Origin: Haliotis rufescens
Taxonomy: Eukaryota
Assembly: GCF_023055435.1 (NCBI RefSeq)
Contig: NW_025963857.1
Coordinates: 28,396,001 to 28,460,000, forward strand
Direction: 5' to 3'
DNA length: 64,000 nt
Part shown: positions 12,947 to 25,491 of the stretch, piece after piece
Layout: every line of letters starts with the position of its first letter
How positions within the stretch are numbered: position 1 is the stretch's first letter
Program-made: the position numbers and the translations under genes
The notes under the pieces: generated by a model
What the model saw: the letters and a program-made list of their open reading frames with translations, nothing else
Database searches by the model: none
Told to the model about the DNA's origin: nothing

Positions 12947-15081
12947 ATGTATGCATCTGTCTGTGTTACCCTCGCAGCCCTCGTGGGGTCAACCTTTGCT
13001 CAAAATGGCAACGGCATGGGATTCGTAAGTTATTCAATTCTTTTACCGTATTCGACATACATGTAATAAGTGCCCAGGGCGCTCTTAAACTGAGAAATAT
13101 GGGGCTCTTATCAGAATATTATTTAATGAAAAATTACAGAGTTGAAAGATCGTACACTTCGTGGTTTATGCTGACAGCCTGAAATGTTTATATACGACAG
13201 ATATATTTTTCCAGAATTTAATTTCCTATAATTAAGGATGCATATAACACACGTACTATACAAAAATATATACGTCTTGTGTACATTGATCAATCGGAAG
13301 GGGTGCTAATTGGAATTGTTCACTAGCCAATATATTAGCAAATATCGCCATGGGCGCTTATTACGTCGAATACGGTAAGCATAATTCCTGTTTCCAGCCT
13401 TGACATATTGCTGTTGTTTGTTAATAAACGCGACATACAGCGGAATTCCAGCTATATCACGATAATCGAACCTGGACCAGTCACTGACTGATAAAAGCGA
13501 CGTAGGGTACGATTTCACTCAACCCCAACCCCAAGTAGCCGAGCCTGACAATTTGATTCATTTGGTCACCTCTTATAACCAGTATTGGTGGCTGGAGATC
13601 TGTATGAACCCAGATTCCCCAAGGGAACAGGATTTTGTGTTGTCTAAATTTATTTATCGCTAATATATACTTTGTTCTTGTCACAATATGGCTGACAAAG
13701 TCCCGATGTGACTTTAAACTCACTCATATGTTTAGAACGAAGAACGTTAATAAAACCTATCATTTCAGTGTCTGAATCAAGGTCAAACTTGCAACTTGGC
13801 TGGAGGTAGAAGTTGTTGTACAGGTTTCTCCTGTCAGAATTCTATGGGGAACATGCGAACATGTCAGAGAAACATCAATGGAGGAAATCTGGTAAGACCT
13901 CTCACTGGTTGTCCAACCTACTTGAACATAACGATCTTCCTATTAATAATGATAAAAAGTCGGATTAACTATCGGATTAACAATGGTGTGTAAGCCTATT
14001 GAAAGAATGTTTAGTTGAAACAAAATGTAGCATCGGCGTTTCCTTAAATGGATTTGCCAAGTTTAAAACATACCGTTTACATTTGTATTGAAATGAAAGT
14101 GTACCACTTGGTGGTACACTGAAACATACAACTAAACCATGTTACTTCGGAAAACCTACAGACTTGTTATATACTGTTGATAACGGTTATCGCGATAATT
14201 CAATAATACTCCATATTGATTATACTGCAATATCATTTGATCGACGAGAAGTATTGCCATTCATGTCTTTACCATTTCAGTGTCTGAATCAAGGTCAGAC
14301 TTGCAACTTGGCAGGAACTAGAAGTTGTTGCACAGGATTCTCCTGTCAGTCTTCTGTCGGAAACATTCGCACATGTCAGAGAAACATGAATGGAGGAAAC
14401 AATATGGTAGGACATCGGACTGGTTGTCAAGAATAGCTCCTTTTTGCTGATAATAATTTCATTGCTACAAATATGATAAGTTTATATAGAAGTATTGAGG
14501 TAACAGTAGTGTGTAAGCTAACTGAAGGATATTAGATTACACATTTTAAAATAGTAACATCCTTGTTGCCTTTAACCAGATGTGCTAAAGTTTATGACAA
14601 AAGGTTGACATTTGTATCCGCTCTGTACACTGATATGAATACGACTCAACGTTGTAGTCCGCGACGTATGCGAGGAAAAAGGATATTTGAAGTTTGAAAT
14701 TACATAGATAAGAAATAAATATATTCAACTTAATCACTCTTTATTTCTAAAATGCTTTACCTGATGTCACTCATGTGTGGATAATTATATGAAATCTACT
14801 CGTAGTTTTTGAATTATGAAATAATGCAGATACGTTAATTCGAGGGTTTCATTCTTGCAAAAAAAAGTTATTTCACTTTTTGCATTATAAATGTTGTAAA
14901 AATAAACAAAATAAATATCAGTAATAATATAACATAATTTGGCTTCCTAATGACATATCCTTGTATATTTCAGTGTCGATCATATGGTCAAGAGTGCTGG
15001 AAGACAGGAGCCCAGGAGATGAGATGCTGTAATAACATGATGTGCGTTTACAACCAATATTACCAGCTGGTGTGTCAGTAA
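12947..15081 (+). CDS. K1: secreted triple-knottin (ICK-like) peptide precursor, 144 aa
   Basis: Exon 12947-13024 (MYASVCVTLAALVGSTFAQNGNGMGF), 13769-13891 (CLNQGQTCNLAGGRSCCTGFSCQNSMGNMRTCQRNINGGNL), 14281-14406 (CLNQGQTCNLAGTRSCCTGFSCQSSVGNIRTCQRNMNGGNNM), 14974-15081 (CRSYGQECWKTGAQEMRCCNNMMCVYNQYYQLVCQ*). All phase-0 GT-AG. AATAAA at 15111. Confidence 0.85.
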
Positions 15082-16663
15082 CGACACAGTTGTACCAGAT
15101 GTGTTTAGCTAATAAAGGAAATGACCAAAGCGAGTATGTTTGTTTTGATTGAATGGTCATTTGGTTTTATAATAATAACGATTTACGGTTTTATGTTTGC
15201 CTGTGAACTTATCTCAAAGGCTTACACACATGTGCATTCATATATAGCCCATCTGTGAGAATAATATGCATCGAAATATAAGACGTCAATGCAAGAGAAT
15301 AACCAGTCTTGATTATCCGCCGAAACACGTTTCATTTGGCGTAAAGGGCCTGTAAATAAACTAGACAACCAAGTGATCTTTAAAATGAAATTATTGCATA
15401 TGTTTCACACCGTTCGCATAAACGCTGAATCAGTCACTCTCAAAGGATAAAGGATTTAAACAGATTGAAAACTACAAGAACACTGATGACGCAATCGGTC
15501 TGTGGTTAAGGCGGGTAGATGCGAAGCAGATGTTTGAAGGAACTGCAGTTTGCCATAAAGAGTTCTCTTCTTTAACCATGTCAGGATTCAGTGGGACGGA
15601 AGTAAAAGTGAGATATATTCTACGCCGTTTCAGCATTATTGAAGCACTATCAGAACGTGAGATAACAGCCAATGGCTTCATTTATTGTACCCATGTTGGA
15701 TATCGATCACAGTTAGACGTTACACTACGCGACCTAATATCCAACTCCGAAATTTAGGTTACATCTAAGACCCGTCTCTCTGAGTGTTTCAGTGAGCTAT
15801 CACTGTTACATCTTTCGTGAATGTTGGCACTTTTCTCTGTGACATAATGTCCATTTTAACATACGTACATATATTAGTATGTTCCCAGAAGAAAGGCGAG
15901 GTTTTCGCACTGAGGGCGTTTAACTGTAATTGAACGTTTATTTTTATCACTTTAAACACAGTAAATAACTGGGTGAAACATTATTAATCTACATTTTGCA
16001 CAGGATTGAACCTTTTATGTCACATAGCCAAATTACAATAGACCATGTTCTGCAAAGTCGTCTTTCTTATTTTTTAATGTGATCAGTTGAAGTACAAAGA
16101 CAAAGGTCCATAAAGGCACACACTCGCGTCAAAGCCGTTACAATTATGTGTTTGTGTCACTCCTAGGTAAACATGTACTTGACACTGGAACGGTCAAGCT
16201 GTGAACAGTTGCCCAAGGGCGGCTGATGAATAGGCATTAATTAATCCCAAGCTCTGTAGCACCTTAAGCTATAGAAAACTCTCGGCAAATGAATACATGT
16301 TCTTAATATTGTCAGCATTGTTTAAACTTACATTATATACATTTTTATACATGAGATATTAAGATGATGCAATAAAATATCATTATATCGTATTAGAAAA
16401 TTACGGAAATTAAAGTAATCGTACTTTTTCCGTGACATTGTAATCTGATGTTTTATGTTTACAACTTGAATTCTAGTCTGTTAGATACAAACTAAAATGA
16501 AGGTCGTTAGTGTGTCCATGTAATGGGATTCTACTAACTTCAATACATCCCCGTTCTTAATCCGGATGACATTGCAAGGAATATTACAGTGTGGATTATT
16601 TCAATGCTGACATTTGCATTTATATTTATCTTTATGTATTGAGCCGCATCATTAACAATTAAT

Positions 16664-16932
16664 TTGTTTGTTTGTTTGTTGTTAAACGCCGTACTCAGCA
16701 ATAATCCAGCTATATGACGGCGGTCTGTAAAATAATCGAGTCTGGACCAGACAATCCACTGACTGACATCATGAACATCAATCCACGCAATTTGGATCGA
16801 TGACATGTATCAACCAAGTCAGCGAGCCTGACCACCCGACCCTGTTAGTCGCCTTTTACGACAAGCATACTCGCTTTTTACGGCAAGTATGGGTTGCTGA
16901 AGACCCTTTCTACCCCGGAATCTCCACGGGTC
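16664..16932 (-). mobile_element. SINE-like repeat, family 2, full length
   Basis: Complete copy from the gacccgtg head to the (caaa)n tail. Confidence 0.8.
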
Positions 16933-17640
16933 TAACAATTAGTGTCCAATTAGTATCCATATGTATATGACATATGACACGTGTTTCGTTATACATATAT
17001 CCAGATCTAGATGTGTTATGTTCTTAGCTTGATCATGAATGATCGTACATAAATGATGCGTACATGTATATGATATGCATGATTTACAGGTGGTATTTTC
17101 GAAACGAGTGAAATCCAGTTTATCCAGACGGTACCGTTTCGGACAGTAACTGTCCAGAAAGTCGGATTAACGGGGTCCGAACTAATGGACTTCCGCTAGG
17201 GTGGATTCGTCAACATCCACATTTTAATATTCATCTTCTTCTTAAAAATTGGGCTTTCCTCCACATCAGTCTGAAAAACCATGATAAAACTGGAATATTT
17301 GCTCAAAGCAGTGTTAAATCCAACTCACACACTCAATCGTTAGTATACATAAGTACACATATACATCTTTATCTATAACTTTATCATCATCATCATCATC
17401 ATTGTGTAATTAATTTAAAGTCAACATATATCTTCACTGATCTTGGTGTGTTACACTGTCGCAGCAACTGTGGGTGTGTCAGGTAGATGTGATGTGTGAC
17501 TTATTGTTGTATAACGTGTGATATATACATACATCCGAAACACAAAGAACACCGACTGTGCTATGCTCCATGACAAAGGGTATCGCCTATCAAGAGAAAT
17601 GAAATACTTCAGCAGCATGTGAGTGCGTCATAAACAATAG

Positions 17641-18123
17641 ATGCATACCAGTTATATAAACCTTATTCGTTATTGGTTCTCCACACTGAGAATCATGGAC
17701 TTCATGGACGTTTCATCTTCACCCTCATCCCTAATGGACTCGAGTTTGATGGACGCTCTTCATGGGATACAACCTTTGTCAGTCTCGACGCCAACACCGA
17801 CACCGACACCGTCAAATCCCCTTCAACCTCCACAACCAACCCCGCAACTACCTCAACAACTATCTCCACAACTTCCTCAACGGCAGCCTCATCCTCCGCC
17901 TCTTCATCCCAACCTACAGCGACTAGTGGAAACAGTGCTGTGTAGGACCTGTTTTAAAGCGGCGCCGTCAACAAAGATGGACTCAGTGCCTCATTCGGCG
18001 CACTACACGTGTATGTACTGTGGGGATATTGAAATGAAGTGTTTCGCTGACAAGCACAATATTTTGTGTGCGGGCATGGCTGTATTCCGGGCATTTGATC
18101 TCTGTTGTGACTGTCATCTGTAA
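17641..18123 (+). CDS. Possible exon/gene: Pro/Gln/Ser-rich linker + Cys-rich C-terminus (9 Cys incl. CxxC pairs, CCDC)
   Basis: 160-codon ORF, more GC-rich than the flanks, AATAAA at ~18198. A signal-like segment (ISSLILVCYTVAATVGVS|gt) lies at ~17428-17482, but I could not join it in frame convincingly. Confidence 0.35.
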   Translation: MHTSYINLIRYWFSTLRIMDFMDVSSSPSSLMDSSLMDALHGIQPLSVSTPTPTPTPSNPLQPPQPTPQLPQQLSPQLPQRQPHPPPLHPNLQRLVETVLCRTCFKAAPSTKMDSVPHSAHYTCMYCGDIEMKCFADKHNILCAGMAVFRAFDLCCDCHL

Positions 18124-18751
18124 ATGCTGCGGATTTTTCCTTTTTAGGTCCTTATCAGGGCCGCCCTAACGTCCCAAACGGACACTTGTAAACTCGAAAT
18201 AAAAATTCATTTTATAACAAATATTCCTTCTATGTATGTTGAATATGTGTTTCTGCTAGATGCTGTCGTGACTCATCTCTATGTTCAAATATGTCGCGAC
18301 CGTAAGATGCGACAAATGGGATCAGAAGATCTTTGTGATCATGATTACTTGTCATCTTAATCCGACGACGTGGGTCACAGCTCATGTCAATCACAGTCTC
18401 GATTATATGCATGCGCTATACCTGTAATATCTATTAGTGCGGCCTTAAACAACGGACTAACAAAACAGACAGACAGTGTTGTTGTTTTACTTCAGGTATT
18501 ATAAAGGATTTTTTGGAGTGAGTGAGTGAGGTTTGGTCTCATGAGGTGAGGTGAGGGACAGGGTTTCAAGGCATATCATTTTAATTTCCATTCTAAATTT
18601 AGATAAATCTAATGAGAGAGGAGGTAACACATGAGATATGTTCAATTTGATATTTGATAGATTTATTCGGAATACAATCAAATGACAAATCAAATGACCG
18701 AGTTGGTCGATATGCAGGAACGTGGGTTCGTGATGAAGCATCAGATGCCAT

Positions 18752-20663
18752 CTACTGACACATCATCTTGTTCATGTATCCAGGCATACAGCGGAGTGAA
18801 CCACAGCATTTCATGGCGTCGATGCCATTAATTTTGCATTCTTCATTTCGGAAACGACACTGTCAAATAGAAACATGATGAATGTGTTATAAACTAATCA
18901 TATCAAATTTTAAATTCAGTACTTTGCTTGCCAAGTGGTGAGGAGGATGAAAGTATTGAAGACGTTTTAATCCTTCATATAAATCACACATGATTTTTTC
19001 TTAAAGAATACTTTTCACAGTGTTGTGTTTGTGTTTTTCTAAGTAATTTTATTTCCAATTTCTGTATACATCGTGTACATAACTATATAAACAATACATG
19101 TAACAAAGCAATACCTGGTTCATTTTAAAGCAGTATATACCATGTCTATTAATACTATTTGAGTTTTCTTAAAGAATACTACTTTCAGTGTTCTTTGTAT
19201 TTTTTTATTTTTTTTTATTTCCGATTTCTGTTTACATCGTGTACATACCTATATAAACAGTACATGTAACAAAACGATATCTGGTTCATTTTAAAGCAGT
19301 ATATATCGATACTATTTGAGATTTTATATCCTCAATATTACATAAAGCAGCGGGCCATGTCAATATCTCATGTTATTTCTCATTATATATTATATCTAAA
19401 ATTCAGACATGCTGAATATTTACATTTTTACAATTTGAATAAGAGATCTAGATGATTTGAGTTGCTTTGTAGTGTTTAAGGCTTTCTCTTTAAATCTGCT
19501 TAAAATGTGATTTTATTCAATATCTACTTTGCCTGTAATTAATTTGTTTTTTATAATCAAGGTTTAGGCATTAAGTTGATTGTTGTGTTTTCCTTTAAAT
19601 CCCAATATAATATTTTCCTTTATACAGATTTTCTACCATTATGTGTCCAAACCAACTGGTCATTTCCATTTCCTCACATTTCCTTTACTGAAGAGATATA
19701 ATTCAAGTTACAGTCTGGAGGAATGTACCATACTGGTACAATGAACATTCAGGTAAGACTGGGACATTATACGGATTTCGGGTTTCTCCCAGGATCTAAA
19801 AGACAATACCTGCTTCTTACGGGTTGGGTACAATTGTAATCGTTAGATTCTTGTTATTCACTTACCCCAGCACCACTGCCGGCACTTCTCTTGCATATTC
19901 TTGTGTTTCCTATGCCAGACTCACACATCAGGCCATTACAACATGTTTTACCATTCATCACATTGCAGGTTTGTCCCTCTGTCTGGCACTGTAAAATACA
20001 TACATCTTATTTAATGGCCCCAAACCATACATGTGTATGTCGTATTAGTATGTTTAAGCCTTTAAAATAGACGTCATATGATAATATCAAGGTGATGCCC
20101 ATCTTAAGAGCAGAGAAAAAATAAACACAATTTAATCCGAAAGCAAAAAATAAATTGTAAACACGATTATGGAAAGCTCTATTAAACAAAACGTTTCATT
20201 ACTTGCTAATGAAAAGCAGGGATCGGGCATGGTCCTGCTATGAAAGAAGCCGCAAATCGCTGTGCAGAATTGAATTCCTTATACATGCCAGAAACCTATG
20301 ATCGTGGGTTCGAGTTCCAGATACGCCCCGGCACTTATGACTCTTTGTTTATCAACACCATACCCGTGCACGTAGGTTCTCAAAAAGGTATATTTCTTGG
20401 ATCGTACCTTCGTCACACATCAAGCAGACAAGCTGTAATATACACTGTAACTACAATATTCTCCAAGCGGCTTCCAACCCAGCCTACTCGACATTACTAA
20501 TGAAAGTGATGTTTCAGACATTGAATTCTAATAAGAATAAATGTTTAAACTGCCGCTGGACTTAACAGTCAGTTTGATATTATTTAAGACTTACAAATCC
20601 ATGCGAATCTTGAATTAGAGCGGATGCTACGAGGATTAGAGCAACGCGCACTTTCAGCATCAT
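18752..20663 (-). CDS. B1: secreted double-knottin peptide precursor, type B, 99 aa
   Basis: Exons (minus) 20663-20595 MMLKVRVALILVASALIQDSHGF; 19988-19866 CQTEGQTCNVMNGKTCCNGLMCESGIGNTRICKRSAGSGAG; 18859-18752 CRFRNEECKINGIDAMKCCGSLRCMPGYMNKMMCQ*. Phase-0 GT-AG introns; TATA at 21021-21028. Confidence 0.88.
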
Positions 20664-21456
20664 TGTGATAGAGTAAAACTGGAAAGAAATTCATTGAAGT
20701 CATCTGTGATGCAATGTAAACTATCCAACAGTTCATAAAATAAACAACATCACACACACAAATTATATTGGGTTTAATTCTCAAAACACATAATCTATAC
20801 ATAAACTTTCATAAACATTCTAAGTTTAAATCATACTGTTGATGAAAAACAACATATTACCTCAAGTCTTGGGAAATATATAGCAAATGACTTAACCCAT
20901 CCATTTTGGTGGAGCACTCTAAACTGTTGTGTTAACGAGTTGTGTTTCACATTAATAAATATAATGTTACCTGTTCAGCCGGGCAAATTTGAATGAGATG
21001 CCTTTTTGACTTAGCTGACATATTTATACCACTGAGACTCCACACTTACGCAAAGCAAGATAAGGATGATAAATTAGCAGAGCAGGTGTTGCAATTGTTA
21101 TCTTGGATCCGATGTCAGTCTGTCAGTCACAACCTCCGATAGGATCTGATTCCTACCTACATAGGATAAATAATCTTCATTACAAATAGTTATCTTTAAA
21201 TGTGATCATTTACATCTGTCATGCTCTTAACGAGCAAGGACAATTAAATGGAACAGAGCGAATACATAACGATTTGAAAAGACATCACAGAATGTACCTG
21301 CTGGAAATATTTTCAGATTTTACAAGCGGGTTTATACTGGATTGCAAAACTACAATTTGTTTTCTTCTGTTGATATTTAGTGTAGACAGGGACATTTAAG
21401 TCCCAGAAGCAGCATGATCTATAGTAAATTTGGAAGTTTTAGCTAGCACAGTTAAA

Positions 21457-21629
21457 GTGAGTGAGTGAGTGAGTATGGTTTTACGCCACTTTTAGCAATG
21501 TTCCAGCAATATCACGGCGGGGAGACACTCGAAAAACGTTTCACACATTGTAGACATGTCGGGAATCGAACCCGAGTATTTTGGCGTGGCGAGCGAACGT
21601 TTTTTACCACGAGGCAAGCCTACCGCCCC
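21457..21629 (-). mobile_element. tRNA-derived SINE, family 3 ((CACT)n tail)
   Basis: A/B-box head (gggttcgattcc) on the minus strand. Flanked by agcacagttaaa / agcaaagttaaa TSD. Orthologous copies at 31414-31580 and 44772-44937. Confidence 0.8.
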
Positions 21630-21899
21630 AGCAAAGTTAAAACAAACACGAACGTCAATATCGAAAAAGTCCACTATAGGAATATAGAAGAGTGAGTGAG
21701 TTTAAAACGTGGATGGAACAATATCGATGCAAAGCATCTTGCATTTGGTAGTGAAAACTCTCCGTACTAGTGGTATGGTACGTTCCCAAGAAGTAAACCC
21801 GACACCGTTTAATTTTAAAGCTCCAATAGAATATATTTTGAGCATGCTTCAAACAAAAGAGGATGCATCTTTTGAGAGTTTTTAATGTGAGGGATTAAA

Positions 21900-23160
21900 T
21901 TCATGCAAGGAGAACTTACATTTCCCAGCAAGCTTTTCTTGTAGACATTACAAAAACGTTAAAAGCGTGATCTTGAAATATATCTGACGTTCAACCATAG
22001 TGACCACATTTATTGTTTTTAAAAGTTGGAACGAAACCCATCACAAATCAACCATGGATGTTTAATCAAGATGTAATCTAAAAAGAAACTGATGAATTTG
22101 CATTTGGACAGTGATTTCATAACAAATGGAAAATAGTTTTAGATGATTGTGTTTTTCGGTGCAATCAGAATGGAGAAGATTTACAGTGTTTGATAGATAT
22201 TTTACAGACGCTCCATCCACGTTTTACTTTTACTTCAGAGATGAACGATGAAAGTCTTTCTTTTCTTGATGTAATAGTTACAATATCGAACAATAAGATT
22301 GACAGAGATGCACATTACAAACCAACCGAGTCCAAACAATACTGCAATTCCTTTCACCTTCTCATTCAGTGTCCCTTATTCATCAGCACGTAGAATCTGC
22401 GCGATATAGACTCAATAAACTGGGGTAATTCCTTTCAGAAAGAAACTACACTGGACAATAGTAGAAGATGTCACAAACAAGGCTAAATCACAAAACCGTT
22501 GTGATCTTCTTAAAGAGTAAGATATTCAAAACGGGAGTGTTCTCCCTTTTGTTACAACCTTTAATCCCCCAACCCGGAAATATTTTGAAATGTTCGGGAG
22601 ACACTGTTTTCGTTAAACACGTGTAAAGAACTGAAACAAATAAATAAACTTATAAATGGTAAAAAACAGAGCAGTCGTCTTGAAAGGATTCTTACTAGGG
22701 CTTCTTTCTTACGAGGAAAACAATAATGTAAAACAGTACAAAAGTGTAACAGACCTAATTACTTTCCCTCATGTTGTTGAATGTATTTCTTTAACATTCA
22801 AAGACGGAAAACCGTTCTGTTTCAGTGAAAATATGAATTGTACTTCCCCAAAATTGATCTATGCCATACAATGTGTCGGATGCGAATCCAAATACATTGG
22901 ACAGAATGGGAGGGAGAATCCATCGACTACAAATACGGGCATCTGATGAAACTTCAGAATATTCAGGATGAGAATACTACCGTGATTGTGGGGACTATTG
23001 ATTCAGTCAACAAGAGGCATAACTTTGTGACTGGTGCCACTTGTGGGGCAGGATACGCTTACCTTTTCGCCAACACCTGCTATCATCACTATTTGACAGC
23101 GTTTCATTAACACATGCTCACGATATAGTCGGAATCGTAAAGTCGACTCATATTTTGGCA
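21900..23160 (+). mobile_element. Decayed Penelope-like element (RT thumb + GIY-YIG endonuclease remnants)
   Basis: FTFTSEMNDESLSFLDVIV...HYKPTESKQY and MNCTSPKLIYAIQCVGCESKYIGQ motifs, broken by stops and frameshifts. Confidence 0.8.
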
Positions 23161-24119
23161 GATAAGTCTCATGAACATGGAAAGGCTTTTGTCGATTTTA
23201 ATTTTTGAACACACGTATATTGAAAAATATATAACACAGACCACTTGCAAAATAATCGGAAGATGAGAAAAATACTGTACATACATGTATGTGGTGAATA
23301 TTCAATCAGATTCGACCAAAGAGCAAAACACACCCTCATTTTTTTGTTATTCCTTTACCACACTTCAAGCACAATGAAGCATCAACGACACATGCCATGT
23401 GAATCTTGATAACATATCAGCATCTACAGCTGATCAAAGTAACGTCACATGTCAGATCGCCGTCAGATCATTAACTGTTCCAACAGATCTCTGATATTAA
23501 ATGCAACACATTTTCTGCGTATTATTGAATATGCAGTTCGGGAAATGTTATCGATCAACGGGTATAAATACATGTAATGCTGGGCACTGTATATTCTCAA
23601 TTCGATCTTACAGTTGAACAGGTATGTACATGTATGCATAACGAGTGAGTTGAACTTTACGGCGCTAGGAACAGTAAACTAGTTTTATCACAGCTTGTCA
23701 GCTTAATCGTGAAGGAAAGCTCGCAGGGATGCAGGCTTTAGACGTTAACAACTTTGATGAAAACCAAGGGCACGGGCATGGTGCTAAGAAACCAAGTCAT
23801 AATCTGTGATTTGAAGCCACGATAAACATATTCTGCACGGCTAAGAGAAGCAACTCTGCACAATTGCGGCGTCTCAGACGACAGAAACAACCATACTTAG
23901 TTCCAATATATATCATTACAATTCATCATGAGGATAATATTTTGTGTATCTTCACATTGTTTTTCAGTATTGTTTAACATAATGGTGTCATTACTACAAG
24001 TACATCTGTGTTCACACAATACTAAAGTTGTACATATGAAGTACTGAGCATTGTTTAGAAGTATTAGGATTTCATATGCATCACCTTCTGTTTGCTTCCA
24101 GGTGTACCCTATCATTACA

Positions 24120-25491
24120 ATGATGTTCAAAGTGTGTCTTGCTTTGCTCTTTGTGGTATCTGTACTGGGTCAAGACCTCTTTGCGGCAGGGTTTGGAGTA
24201 AGTGCTGTCATATCACTTAATCTTCATTTATGATACATGAATACTATCACTATATATGTGATCAAAAGCTGCTTTTGCAATCAGTTGATTCTTTTAAATT
24301 TCCTTCATGTTTTAAAAGACAAAAGGAACCGAAAATCATATACCACATCACGTCTTATGCTCCATGGTCCATAAACAATATAGTCTAATATCGTGATCCA
24401 GCAATCCCTTGTTCTGTTATAAATCATTTTCAAATGTTTATTTACAATCGTGTCCCCCTGTATATTAATGCCATTACTTTAGTCATTTGCCCATGTGATT
24501 ATTGGCATACATCACAATACGGCAATGATTCTAATTCTGCATGAATATGCCCCATGTTTTACTGTATTTTTCGTGAAATGTAAAAGGAGAAATATTATTG
24601 GCATGTTTATCCTACGACTGTTTTATATGTCCATAGATAAACAGTGTTGCTGAATTATAAATAATAGCAACAAATGTAACATATTGTTGGGTTACACGCT
24701 ACAAATGCAAAACCTACTTCATTTTGTTCATGCAGTGTCAGAACGAGGGGCAAACATGCAATTGGATGAATGGTAACACCTGCTGCAATGGCTTGACGTG
24801 TCAGTCGGGTTTGGGTAACATTCAAATATGCAAGAGGAACATTGGCGGCGGTATTGGTGGCGGTATTGGCGGCGGTATGGGGGTAAGTGACCGTGCCAGA
24901 CATCGCCTACTGCCATGGGATAAAATATTAAATTAGGAAATGTAGCTCTTTTCTATATCCATGTAAATGTAACTGAATAAATGTTCCCTTTAAACAAGGA
25001 TTTTGAATGATGACAAGTGGTCCGGACTGAAAGAATATTGGTGGAATATTTTACATGTATTACTCTCTTTACATGTGATTGGTGGCAAATTAGTATAATT
25101 CATGTGCCATTTCCACCTACATAACATATGTCCAAAGAAATGAGCATTGCCATTACATGCTCGACAGCTTACATGTACAATGCAGTTACAATAGAGTTCT
25201 TTCAGAAGCATCGTTTCATGGGCTTTCCAATTCAAATTCTTAAACATGATTATTTTGACTATCAGCTAATGCCTGTCGTATCACACAAAATATGTTTTGT
25301 AATACTTGGTGCAATATTGCTATTGGTGTACGCAGATGATAATTTCATGTGGATGTGTAAATGCATTCGTCTCTATTTTACAGTGTCGCCTCCGTAACGA
25401 CGAATGCAAGATTAACGGCATCAGTGCCATGAGATGTTGTGCATCCCTTCGCTGTATGCCTGGATACATGAACAGGATGACTTGTCAGTAG
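24120..25491 (+). CDS. A1: secreted double-knottin peptide precursor, type A, 110 aa
   Basis: Exons 24120-24197 MMFKVCLALLFVVSVLGQDLFAAGFG; 24736-24882 CQNEGQTCNWMNGNTCCNGLTCQSGLGNIQICKRNIGGGIGGGIGGGMG; 25384-25491 CRLRNDECKINGISAMRCCASLRCMPGYMNRMTCQ*. Phase 0; AATAAA at 25552. Confidence 0.9.

Larger units (their letters stand above)
21021..23570. promoter_or_regulatory. Divergent promoter region between B1 (TATAAATA, minus, 21021-21028) and A1 (TATAAATA, plus, 23563-23570)
   Basis: Each TATA is followed by a short non-coding exon ending gaacag|gta. The same arrangement occurs at 30978/33805, 44329/46835 and 55943/56953. Confidence 0.7.

Noticed and set aside
24655-24916. Recurrent ORFs such as MSGTVTYPHTAANTATN and PPYRRQYRHQYRRQ (also at 35 kb, 48 kb, 52.6 kb, 54.6 kb)
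   Set aside because: Antisense shadows of the type-A domain-1 exon and its Gly linker.
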